Assembly (NCBI GenBank): GCA_046350655.1
Contig: JAXMAB010000013.1
Span: forward strand, 54,785-118,784
Source of the DNA: Planctomycetota bacterium
Lineage (GTDB): Bacteria; Planctomycetota; PLA2; JAEUHO01
Reading direction: 5' to 3'
DNA length: 64,000 bases
The notes beneath the pieces are model-generated. The model had not been told where the DNA came from. It made no database searches and saw nothing but the letters and a program-made list of their open reading frames with translations. Both the position numbers and the translations under genes were made by a program. Each line of letters opens with the position of its first letter. Within the stretch, counting starts at the first letter, position 1. Shown here one piece after another: positions 45,259 to 55,739 of this stretch.

Positions 45259-47340
45259 ATGATCCGCACCTCCGGACGGCGCGCGCTGCGAGCCCTCCTC
45301 TGCGTCCTGGTGGCGGGCCTCGCGTCGCCCCGGGTCGCGCCGGCCGCCGACGCGCCGGCCGCCGGCCCGAAGAAGTTCGTGTTCGCGAGCGCCTGCCGGA
45401 CGATCGACCCCGCCCTCGTCAGCGGGCCCGACGAGGAGCGCGTCGTCCTCGCGTGCTTCGAGGGCCTCACCGTCCTCGACCCGGTCACGGGCGAGGTCAA
45501 GCCCGGCGCCGCGGCGTCGTGGACGACGTCGCCGGACGGCAAGACGTGGACGTTCAAGCTCCGCGAGGCGAAGTGGCAGAAGAAGTTCGGCGACGGCTTC
45601 GAGGACAAGGGCACGGTGAAGGCGTCGGACTTCGTGTTCGCGTGGCGCCGCCTGCTCGACCCGGCCCTCAAGTCGCCGCACGTCCACCTGCTCGACGTCC
45701 TCGACGGCGTGAAGCCGCTCTCGACCGACAAGCCCCGCGGCGACGCGCTCGACCGGATCATCACCGACCTGCTCGCGGCCATCGGCGGCGAGGACAAGCG
45801 CAAGACGCTGTCCGCCGACGAGGTCCAGACGTTCCTCCTCGACCGCGACCGCAACGTCCGCGGCTGGCTCGGCGAGATCGACGCGAAGGAGGCCCGCGAG
45901 TTCGTCAAGTGGCCCTCGAACCAGCCCTATCAGGGCCCGCGGGCGATGGCGCTGATCAAGGTGCTGCGGGCGGCGCGCGACGTCGCGCTCGCGACGGCGG
46001 GCGACGCCGAGTCGCACGTGGGCAGCGACCGCGGGTTCTACGCCGACGACGACCAGACGTTCGTGGTGAAGCTGACCGGCCCGTCGCCGTGGCTCCCGAC
46101 CCTCCTCGCCCGCGCGCCGCTCGTCCCGGTGAACGAGCGCGTCGTGACCAGCAAGCGCGACTGGGCGTTCCTCAAGGCCGAGAACCAGATCTGCAACGGC
46201 CGCTTCGTCGCCGCGAGCGACTTCCGCCCGCAGGGCACCGAGTCCGACAGCACGGGCGACACGTGGGCCGTGAAGGCCACGCTCTGGAAGAGCGCCAAGC
46301 ACCACGACGCGGCGCGGACCGCCGCGGACCGCGTCACCGTCCTCGTGGACAACGGCGCCGACGAGGTCCTCCGGCAGTACTGCCTCGGCGACGTGCACTG
46401 GATCGTGACCTCGGGCATCACCCTCGACGTGGAGCGCCAGATCCGCGCGTCCACGGCCGCCGGGTGGAAGCCCGACCCGAAGGCCGCGGCCCAGCGGTAC
46501 TTCCAGACGGCCGCCGCCGACACCTACGACATGGTCTCCGGCCGCGTGAAGGTGCTGCGGTTCCGCGGGGGCGCCCCGCTCGACAAGAAGGAGGCGCGCA
46601 TCGCGGTCGCCTCCCTCGTGGCGCGGGCCGACCTCGCCAAGCGCGCGGCGGCCGTGGCCGCGCCCACGCTCGTCACGCGGTTCGTGCACCCGCGCACGAC
46701 GGGCGCGATCGACCTGCCGCGCACGCCCACCTTCGACGCCGGCAAGGCGAAGACGCTGTACGGCAAGCGGCGGTTCCCCGAGGGCGACTGGGCGCGCATC
46801 CTCTGCGACCCCGCGGACGACCAGGTCGCCGACACCTTCGGCAAGGCGTGGAAGACGCTGGGCGACGACGCCGCGACGACGGTCCTCAACCCCTCGGACC
46901 TGCGCGTCACGATCGACGCCGGCCTGTGGGACGTCTACATCCAGGACTGGATCGCGGACTACGACGACCCGCTCGCGTACCTCGACCCGTTCACGACGAA
47001 GAACCCCGCCGGCGACTGCGCGTGGAGCCACCCGCTCTACGACGCGCTGATCGCCGGCGCCCGCGACGTCGCCGGCTTCAAGGCGAAGCCGGACGCGGCC
47101 GCGGCGGCGGTGCCGGCGGTCAAGGACGCGCTCGGCAAGGGCGACCTCGAGGGCCTGCGCCGCGCGCTCCTCGCGGAGGCCGAGGCGATCCTGCTCGAGG
47201 AGGCGATCGTGGTCCCGCTGTGGATCCCGGTGGACTCGGGCCTCCTCGCGAAGGGCGTCCGCGGGTTGCCCGTGGGCCCGACGGCGGGCAAGCGTTCGGT
47301 GCTCGACGTCGTGCAGTTCCCGTTCGCCGTCAAGGAGTGA
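45259..47340 (+). CDS. Divergent OppA-like substrate-binding protein
   Basis: Signal peptide; TIDP, FEGL, PGAAASW...DGKTWTFKLR, VKASDFVFAWRRLLDP, NGRF, WIADYDDP...LDPF. Confidence 0.85.
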   Translation: MIRTSGRRALRALLCVLVAGLASPRVAPAADAPAAGPKKFVFASACRTIDPALVSGPDEERVVLACFEGLTVLDPVTGEVKPGAAASWTTSPDGKTWTFKLREAKWQKKFGDGFEDKGTVKASDFVFAWRRLLDPALKSPHVHLLDVLDGVKPLSTDKPRGDALDRIITDLLAAIGGEDKRKTLSADEVQTFLLDRDRNVRGWLGEIDAKEAREFVKWPSNQPYQGPRAMALIKVLRAARDVALATAGDAESHVGSDRGFYADDDQTFVVKLTGPSPWLPTLLARAPLVPVNERVVTSKRDWAFLKAENQICNGRFVAASDFRPQGTESDSTGDTWAVKATLWKSAKHHDAARTAADRVTVLVDNGADEVLRQYCLGDVHWIVTSGITLDVERQIRASTAAGWKPDPKAAAQRYFQTAAADTYDMVSGRVKVLRFRGGAPLDKKEARIAVASLVARADLAKRAAAVAAPTLVTRFVHPRTTGAIDLPRTPTFDAGKAKTLYGKRRFPEGDWARILCDPADDQVADTFGKAWKTLGDDAATTVLNPSDLRVTIDAGLWDVYIQDWIADYDDPLAYLDPFTTKNPAGDCAWSHPLYDALIAGARDVAGFKAKPDAAAAAVPAVKDALGKGDLEGLRRALLAEAEAILLEEAIVVPLWIPVDSGLLAKGVRGLPVGPTAGKRSVLDVVQFPFAVKE

Positions 47341-47682
47341 CGCCGACGCCGGCGGCGCGCGCGACGCCGCCGCGTGCGCGGCCGCGCCGACCCCGGCGGG
47401 GACGGCGCGGCCCGCGCGGTCGCGGACGCCCTCGCCTCGGGCGACGGGCGCGCCGGCGCGGCCGGACCCGGGAGGCGATCGTCGCGCCGCGGCGGGTTCC
47501 GGCGGACACCGGCTCCGGCCCCGCCCGCCGGCCACGGGGTCGAGCGGAGCGGGTCGTCGCCCGACGTCGTGCCGTCGCCCGAGGGGACGGGACCGCCGCG
47601 GGAGCGGCCGGGTCAGGCGGGATGCGTCGTTGAGCCCGCGTCCCCGGCGGGGTAGGCTGCCCGCTTCCCCCCCGACGGACCC

Positions 47683-49722
47683 ATGTACCGCACCCTCGCC
47701 GGTCTCGTCGTCGCCTTCGTCGTCGCGCTGGGCCTCGTGGGGCTCACGTTCTCGTCGTCGGCCGAGGGTCGCGCCGACTACGTCTTCGTGAACGGCACCG
47801 AGCCGAAGACGCTCGACCCCCAGAAGATGACCGGCCAGCCCGAGGGCCGCATCGCCGACGCGATCTTCGAGGGGCTCACCTTCCGCGACAACGAGACGCT
47901 CCGGCCGGTCCCGGGCTGCGCGGCCTCCTGGGATACGTCGCCCGACGGCCTGCGCTGGGAGTTCAAGCTGCGCCCCGAGGCCGTGTGGTCGAACGGCGAG
48001 CGCGTGACCGCGAACGACTTCGTCTACGCGTGGAAGCGGCTCCTCGCGCCCGAGACCGCGTCGGAGTACGCCTACCTCCTGCACTTCGTGCGGCACGCGG
48101 AGGCGTACAACACGTTCGGCGCGCAGGCCGCGGCGCTCGGGGGGCCCGACGGCGTCGTCGCGAAGGCGCGGGCGCTCGTCGCCGGGGCCGCCGGCGGCCT
48201 GCCGGCCGAGCGTTGGCAGGCGTTCGTGAAGGAGGCCGGCCTGACGGACCTCCTCACCGGCGTCTCCGACCCCGTGCTGCTGCCCGCCCTCGCGCGCGCG
48301 ACGGGCACGTTCTCGCCGACCGAGGCCTCGGCGCTCGTCGACGCGCTCGAGGGCGAGCGCGCCCGCCGCGCCGCCGAGCACGCCGCGGCCGTGGCGCACC
48401 TCGGCGTGGACGAGGGCGTCTTCGCGCCGGACCCGTCCACGTTCGTCGTCGAGCTGCGGACGTACACGCCGTACTTCCTCGAGCTCACCGCGTTCTACCC
48501 GACCTTCCCGGTGCACCGCGCCACGGTCGAGGCCCGGCCCGACGACTGGTTCCAGCCCGGGCGGATCGTCACCAACGGCCCGTTCCTGCTCCATCGCTGG
48601 ACGGTCAACGAGCGGATCCGGCTGCACAAGAACCCGCGCTACTGGGGGGCGGCGGCGGTGTCCCTCGAGACGGTGGACGCGCTGCCGATCGAGAACACGA
48701 CCGTCGCGATGAACCTCTACCTCACCGGGAGCGTCGACTGGTCGCCGGCGGGGTACCCGCAGGACCTCATCGACGTCGTCAAGCGCCGGCCCGACTTCTA
48801 CGGCGAGCCGGGCATGATGGTCTACTTCTACCGCATCAACTGCACGCGGAAGCCGTTCGACGACCCCCGCGTCCGGACCGCGCTGGGCCTCGCCATCGAC
48901 CGCAAGGTGCTGGTCGAGGAGGTGATGCGCGGCGGGCAGGTGCCGGCGGTCACGATGGTCGCGCCGGGCATCCCGGCCTACCGCAGCCCGAAGGGCACCC
49001 TCGGCTTCGACGTGCCGCGCGCCCGCGCGCTGCTGAAGGAGGCGGGGTTCCCCGACGGCAAGGGCTTCCCGAAGGTGTCGCTCCTCTACAACACGAGCGA
49101 GTCGCACAAGAAGGTCGCGGAGTGGATCGCCGACCAGCTGCGCCGCAACCTCGGCGTGGACGCGCGGGCCGTCAACCAGGAGTGGCAGTCGTACCAGGAG
49201 AGCGTGCGCCGCTTCGACTACGACCTCGCGCGCGCCGGCTGGATCGGCGACTACCGCGACCCGAACACGTTCCTCGACATGTGGATCACCGGCGGCGGCA
49301 ACAACCAGACGGGCTGGGGCGACGCCGGCTACGACCGCCTGCTCCGCCTCGCGACGAAGCCGCTCGCGGTCGTCGAGATGCCCCCCGCCGAGCGCGACGC
49401 GTTCCTCGCGACGCTCAAGGAGCGTCCCGAGGCGGAGCGGCTCCTCGCCGCGGTCGGGGCCGCCGCCGACCCGAAGGCCCGGCTGGCCGCGGTGGACGCG
49501 CTGCGCCTGCACTTCTTCCGCGAGGCCGAGGCGATCCTGATCCAGGACGGCCTGCCGGTGATCCCGCTGTACTTCTACGTCGTCACCGGGCTCGTCCATC
49601 CGCGCGTCGAGGGGTTCCACGCGCGCGTGAAGGACGTGGACGGCTCGTCGATCCCGAACCTCCAGGACCTGCACCCGTTCCGCGACGTGCGGATGCGCGG
49701 GCCCGCGGGAGCGCCCAAGTGA
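47683..49722 (+). CDS. OppA-like substrate-binding protein
   Basis: GTEPKTLDP, IFEGL, VTANDFVYAWKRLL, VTNGPF, PFDDPRVRTAL, AGWIGDYRDPNTFL. Confidence 0.92.
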   Translation: MYRTLAGLVVAFVVALGLVGLTFSSSAEGRADYVFVNGTEPKTLDPQKMTGQPEGRIADAIFEGLTFRDNETLRPVPGCAASWDTSPDGLRWEFKLRPEAVWSNGERVTANDFVYAWKRLLAPETASEYAYLLHFVRHAEAYNTFGAQAAALGGPDGVVAKARALVAGAAGGLPAERWQAFVKEAGLTDLLTGVSDPVLLPALARATGTFSPTEASALVDALEGERARRAAEHAAAVAHLGVDEGVFAPDPSTFVVELRTYTPYFLELTAFYPTFPVHRATVEARPDDWFQPGRIVTNGPFLLHRWTVNERIRLHKNPRYWGAAAVSLETVDALPIENTTVAMNLYLTGSVDWSPAGYPQDLIDVVKRRPDFYGEPGMMVYFYRINCTRKPFDDPRVRTALGLAIDRKVLVEEVMRGGQVPAVTMVAPGIPAYRSPKGTLGFDVPRARALLKEAGFPDGKGFPKVSLLYNTSESHKKVAEWIADQLRRNLGVDARAVNQEWQSYQESVRRFDYDLARAGWIGDYRDPNTFLDMWITGGGNNQTGWGDAGYDRLLRLATKPLAVVEMPPAERDAFLATLKERPEAERLLAAVGAAADPKARLAAVDALRLHFFREAEAILIQDGLPVIPLYFYVVTGLVHPRVEGFHARVKDVDGSSIPNLQDLHPFRDVRMRGPAGAPK

Positions 49723-50801
49723 GCCCGCGTCGAACCGCCGTGCCCGTCCAGGTCGTGGGCGGCGTCTTCGTGGCGTTCCTCGTGTGGCTGGCCGCGCGCC
49801 CGTTCGTCGGCGCGACGGGCGGGGCGGTCGTGGGCCTCCTCGGGGGCGTCGCCGGCGCGTGGCGCCTCCCGCACCGCGTGCTCGTGCGCGTGATCTGGAC
49901 GGTGCCGCTCTTCTTCCTCCTCATCTTCACCGCCGTGCAGCTCATGTTCCACGTGCCCGGCGACCCGTTCGCGAGCGAGAAGAACACGTCGCCGGAGGTC
50001 CGCGCGGAGCAGCAGAAGCACTACGGGATCCCCGAGAAGGGCTTCGCGGGCGGCTGCCGGTTCTACGCGGCGTACATCGAGAAGGCGGTCGTCGACGGCT
50101 ACCTCGGGCCGTCCATCAAGGTGCAGGGCCGGTCCGTGGTCGACCTCCTGCTGCCCGCGCTCCCGGTGAGCCTCGCCCTCGGCCTCCTCGCGCTGACGAT
50201 CGCCTGCTTCCTCGGGCTGCTCCTCGGCGTCGTCGCGGGCCTCCGCCCGAGCACGTGGGTCGACTACGTCGCCATGGCGTTCGCGGTGATCGGCATCTCG
50301 CTGCCGTCGTTCGTCATCGGCTCGCTCCTCATCCTCGGGCTCTCGCTGACGCTCGGGTGGCTGCCCGTGGCCGGGTGGGGGACCTTCGCGCACCTGATCC
50401 TCCCCGCCGTCGCGCTCGCGCTCCCGTACGCCGCGTACGTCGCGCGCCTGGCCCGCGGCGGGACCATCGAGGTCATGTCCGAGGACTACATCCGGACCGC
50501 GCGGGCCAAGGGCCTCTCCGAGAAGGGCGTGGTGCTCAAGCACGCGCTGCGCGGCGCGATCGTGCCGGTCGTGTCGTTCCTGGGCCCCGCGGCCGCCGGC
50601 ATCCTCACCGGGTCGTTCGTCGTCGAGACGCTGTTCGGCATCCCGGGCATGGGCCGCTGGTTCGTCAACGGCGCCATCAACCGCGACTACTACGTCGTCC
50701 TCGGCACCGTGCTCATCGAGTGCGGCCTCGTCGTGGCCTTCAACCTCCTCGTGGACTTCGGCCTGGCGTGGATCGACCCGCGCCTGCGGGGGAAGACGTG
50801 A
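49719..50801 (+). CDS. Oligopeptide ABC permease OppB-like
   Basis: PGDPF, YLGPS, LPVSLALG, EDYIRTARAKGL, NRDYYVVLG. Confidence 0.92.
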   Translation: MSPRRTAVPVQVVGGVFVAFLVWLAARPFVGATGGAVVGLLGGVAGAWRLPHRVLVRVIWTVPLFFLLIFTAVQLMFHVPGDPFASEKNTSPEVRAEQQKHYGIPEKGFAGGCRFYAAYIEKAVVDGYLGPSIKVQGRSVVDLLLPALPVSLALGLLALTIACFLGLLLGVVAGLRPSTWVDYVAMAFAVIGISLPSFVIGSLLILGLSLTLGWLPVAGWGTFAHLILPAVALALPYAAYVARLARGGTIEVMSEDYIRTARAKGLSEKGVVLKHALRGAIVPVVSFLGPAAAGILTGSFVVETLFGIPGMGRWFVNGAINRDYYVVLGTVLIECGLVVAFNLLVDFGLAWIDPRLRGKT

Positions 50802-51699
50802 GCCCGGCCGCCCCCGACCCGACCCCGCCGCGCCCCGAGGGGCCGCCGGGCCGCAGCCTCCTGTCGGACGCCCTGCGGCGGCTCCGCCGCAACCGGCTCG
50901 CGGTCACGGGCGGCGTGGTCCTGGTCCTGCTGGTGCTCGCGTGCTTCGTGCTGCCCGCGCTCCTCGGCCTCGACCACGAGACCACCGACCCGAAGCTGCA
51001 CAACCAGGGGCCCTCGGCGTCGGCGCCGTTCGGCACCGACAACCTCGGCCGCGACTACTTCGCCCGCGTGCTCGTCGGCGGGCAGACGTCGCTCCTCGTC
51101 GGCCTGGTGGGGGCGCTCGTCGTCGTCGTGATCGGCGCGGTCTACGGCGCGGTCTCCGGCTACTTCGGCGGCTGGGTCGACGAGATCATGATGCGCGTCG
51201 TGGACTTCCTGTACGGCATCCCGTACATGTTCCTCGTCGTCCTCATCATGCTGCAGTTCGGCGACGAGGAGCGCGGCAGCAACCTGCCGATCTTCGTGGC
51301 GCTGGCGGCGGTGCAGTGGCTCACGATGGCCCGCATCGTGCGCGGCCAGGTGCTGACGCTGCGCGAGCGCGAGTACGTGCTCGCCGCGCGCGTCACGGGC
51401 GCGAGCCACGCGCGGATCCTGTTCCGGCACGTCCTGCCCAACTGCATGGGCCCGATCGTCGTGTACGGCACGCTGACGGTGCCCGCGGTGATCCTCCTCG
51501 AGTCGTTCCTCTCCTATCTCGGCCTCGGCAAGTCGCTCTCCTGGGGCGTGCTCGTCGCCGAGGGCGTCCAGGGCATCAACCCCGTGAAGATGGACTGGTG
51601 GCTGCTCGCCTTCCCGAGCGGCGCGCTCGCCCTCACGCTGCTCTCGCTCAACTTCCTCGGCGACGGCCTGCGCGACGCCCTCGACCCGCGGACGCGCCG

Positions 51700-51703
<4 letters not shown>
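50798..51703 (+). CDS. Oligopeptide ABC permease OppC-like
   Basis: [43 protein letters not shown]. Confidence 0.93.
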
Positions 51704-52703
<1,000 letters not shown>

Positions 52704-52707
<4 letters not shown>

Positions 52708-53705
52708 GCTCCGCCGCGCAGGACCCGCTGCTCGTCGTCGAGGGCCTGAAGGTCCACTTCCCGGGCGCCACGGGGCCCGTGAAGGCCGTCGACGGCGTCT
52801 CGTTCACGCTGCACCGGGGCGAGACGCTGGGCCTCGTCGGCGAGTCCGGCTCGGGCAAGAGCACCACCGCGCGCGCCGTCGTCGGGCTCGTGCCCGTGAC
52901 GGCCGGGTCCGTGCGGCTCGACGGGCGGGACCTCGCCGACCGCCGCGTGCTCGCGGCGCTGCGCCCGCGGCTGCAGATGGTCTTCCAGGACCCGTACGCG
53001 AGCCTGAACCCGCGCATGACCGCCGGCACGATCGTGGGCGAGCCGCTCGTCGTGCACGGGCGCGTGCGCGGCGGCGCCGACCTCGACGCGGCCGTCTGCC
53101 GCCTCTTCGAGACCGTCGGCCTCGATCCCGCCATGCGGCGGCGTTACCCGCACGAGTTCTCCGGCGGGCAGCGCCAGCGCATCGGGCTCGCGCGCGCGCT
53201 CGCGCTCGAGCCCGACGTCGTGCTCCTCGACGAGCCCGTCTCGGCCCTCGACGTCTCGGTGCAGGCCCAGGTCCTCAACCTGCTCGAGGACCTCCGCCGC
53301 CAGCTGGGCCTCACCTACCTGTTCATCGCGCACAACCTCGGCGTCGTCCGCCACGTCTCGGACCGCATCGCCGTGATGTACCTCGGCCGCATCGTCGAGA
53401 TCGCGCCGAGCGAGGCGCTGTTCGCGCGCCCGCTGCACCCGTACACCGAGGCGCTGCTGTCGGCCGTGCCGGTCCCGGACCCCGAGGTCGAGGCGAAGCG
53501 CGAGCGCATCCCCCTCGACGGCGAGATCCCCAGCCCGGCCGCGACGATCGTCGGCTGCCCGTTCCGGTCGCGCTGCCGCAAGGCCGTTGCGCACTGCGCG
53601 GTCGAGGCGCCCGCGCTCGTCGAGCACCGTCCCGGCCAGTGGGCCGCCTGCCACCTCGCGGACCCCGCGTTCGCGGCCGGCGTGCCCCGCCCCGCCACGG
53701 CGTGA
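52704..53705 (+). CDS. Oligopeptide ABC ATPase OppF-like
   Basis: [36 protein letters not shown]. Confidence 0.95.
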
Positions 53706-53789
53706 CCGGCGGCCGCCGCCCGCGCGCGGGGTGGCGGAGGGTTCGCATCGCCCCGGACCCGGCGTAGGCTCGGGGCCCGGAGGCTCCCC

Positions 53790-54179
53790 GTGTCCCACGA
53801 CCGCCGCATCGTCGCCACCGCGTCCGCCCCGAAGGCCATCGGCCCGTACAGCCAGGCCGTCGTCGCCGGCGGGTTCGTCTTCACCGCCGGCCAGATCGCC
53901 CTCGACCCGGCCACCGGCGCGATGGTCGGCGCGGGCAACGTCTCGCTCGAGACCGAGCGCGTGCTCAAGAACCTCGAGGCGGTGCTCGTGGCCGCCGGCA
54001 GCGGCCTCGACCGCGTCATGCGGTGCGACGTCTTCCTCTCGGACCTCGCCGACTTCGGGGCCGTCAACGAGGCGTACGGCCGCTTCTTCGCCGCCAACCC
54101 GCCCGCGCGGGTCACGGTGCAGGCCGCGCGGCTCCCCAAGGACGCCAAGGTCGAGATCGCGGCGATCGCCGTCGTCTGA
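53790..54179 (+). CDS. ridA: Rid family (YjgF/YER057c/UK114) enamine/imine deaminase
   Basis: APKAIGPYSQAV, FTAGQIALDP, PPARVTVQAARLPKDAKVEI. Confidence 0.9.
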   Translation: MSHDRRIVATASAPKAIGPYSQAVVAGGFVFTAGQIALDPATGAMVGAGNVSLETERVLKNLEAVLVAAGSGLDRVMRCDVFLSDLADFGAVNEAYGRFFAANPPARVTVQAARLPKDAKVEIAAIAVV

Positions 54180-54335
54180 CGCGCGCGCCGGGCCCTCCGG
54201 CGCACCGGGCCTCGCGTGCCCGGAGGCCCGAGCGTCCTCCCGCGGGGCCGGCGCCCGCGCGGCGGCCCCGGCGGAGGGGCGCCGACCCGAGGCCGGTCCG
54301 GCGCGGAAAGCCCGCTCCTGGGCCCGTCCTCGCGG

Positions 54336-55070
54336 TCAGACGGGCAGGCCGTAGACCGTCCGCAGGATCGGCTTGAGGTCGGTCAGGAGCTCGACCTCGT
54401 GGTCGGCGGGGGGCGTCGCCGGGGTGTCCGAGTACCGCCCGTGGGCGCCGCGGTAGTGGACGGTCTTGAGGCCGGCCGCGCGCGCCGGGCCGACGTCCGT
54501 CGCCGGGCGGTCGCCCACGTAGAGCACGCGTCCGGGCGGCACCTTCAGCGCCTCGCAGGTCTTCGTGAAGATCTTCGGGTTGGGCTTGCTGACGCCGAGC
54601 TGGTCCGAGAAGAAGATCGCGCCCGGGTCGATCCACGGCAGGACGCCGAGCCGCACCAGCTTCTCCGCCTGCTTCACCCGAAGGCCCGCGCTCAGGATGC
54701 CGACGCGGACGTGCGCCTGGTGCAGCGAACGCAGCAGCACGACGGCGTCGGGGAGGGGGCGCAGCTGCCGCTCCTTGGTCTGGTGGTACGCGACCACGCC
54801 CGCGGCGATCAGCACCGAGGGGTTCCGCCCGCCCCAGCGGCTCGGACCGAGCCGGTCCAGGAGGCGATCGAGGTGCTCGTCGTAGTTCGACGTGAATTCG
54901 GCCACGACCTCGGTCAGCTCGCGGATCGCCTCCTCCTCGGGGACGTCGAGGCCCTGCGCGATCATCGCCTGCACCGCGTTGCGGCGGGCGTCGATGGCGA
55001 ACGCCGTCGTGCTGTACAGCGTGTCGTCGATATCGAAGACGATGACGTCGAGAAGAGGCGCCGAGGGCAT
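54336..55070 (-). CDS. HAD-superfamily hydrolase (subfamily IA)
   Basis: VFDIDDTLY, ILSAG, GVSKPNPKIF, YVGDRPATDVGPARAAGL. Confidence 0.9.
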   Translation of the reverse strand: MPSAPLLDVIVFDIDDTLYSTTAFAIDARRNAVQAMIAQGLDVPEEEAIRELTEVVAEFTSNYDEHLDRLLDRLGPSRWGGRNPSVLIAAGVVAYHQTKERQLRPLPDAVVLLRSLHQAHVRVGILSAGLRVKQAEKLVRLGVLPWIDPGAIFFSDQLGVSKPNPKIFTKTCEALKVPPGRVLYVGDRPATDVGPARAAGLKTVHYRGAHGRYSDTPATPPADHEVELLTDLKPILRTVYGLPV

Positions 55071-55739
55071 CCGACCATCCTACGGCGGCCGGCCCCGGCC
55101 GGCTTAGTGTCCGATAACCTTCTGCATTCTCGGACGTTCGGGGCTCCATCGCCCTCGAGCGTGGTGCTGCCGGGCGAGTGACACGCGCCGGAGGCGGCGG
55201 GACAGGGAGGGAACACGGACGTTATGTCCGCCGCAGGGCCGGCGCGCACGGAGTCCGGACCTCCGCGTCCTGACGACCGTCGCGACGGCGAGGCTCGAGG
55301 TCCACGCGGGGCGACCCGCCATCGGGCGCGGACCCCGCCGTCCTCGCCGGGCGCCGCCGCCGAACGCGGCCCGCTCCGGAGCCCCGGACGGCCGGCGGGC
55401 CTCGCGTCCCGGCGCCGTCGGGCCGCGCGCCGTCGGCCTGGACCTCGGGCGCGGCGGCGGGTCGGGCGGGCACGGCGCGGTCGAACCTGGCGACGGTCGC
55501 GCGGGACGGAGGGCGGCCCGGTGCGGGGGGACGCGAGGCCCGGTCGCCGACCGCGCAGGCGGGCGGGGACGGTCGCGCCCGAGGGGGAGGGCGCGGTGCC
55601 GCGGGGGCCCGGCCGCGGCCCGCGCGACCGTGAGGGCGCGGGCCCGGGGCCGCGGCGCTCGGCGACCGGAGCCCGAAAAGACCGCGAGCCCGGCTGCCGA
55701 AGCGGCCGGGCTCGCGGGAGGGAAAGGGTGCCGTGGGGC

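Noticed and set aside
47341-47682. Riboswitch between the two oppA genes
   Set aside because: Only generic GC stems; no recognisable aptamer consensus. An Rfam scan would be needed to exclude it fully.
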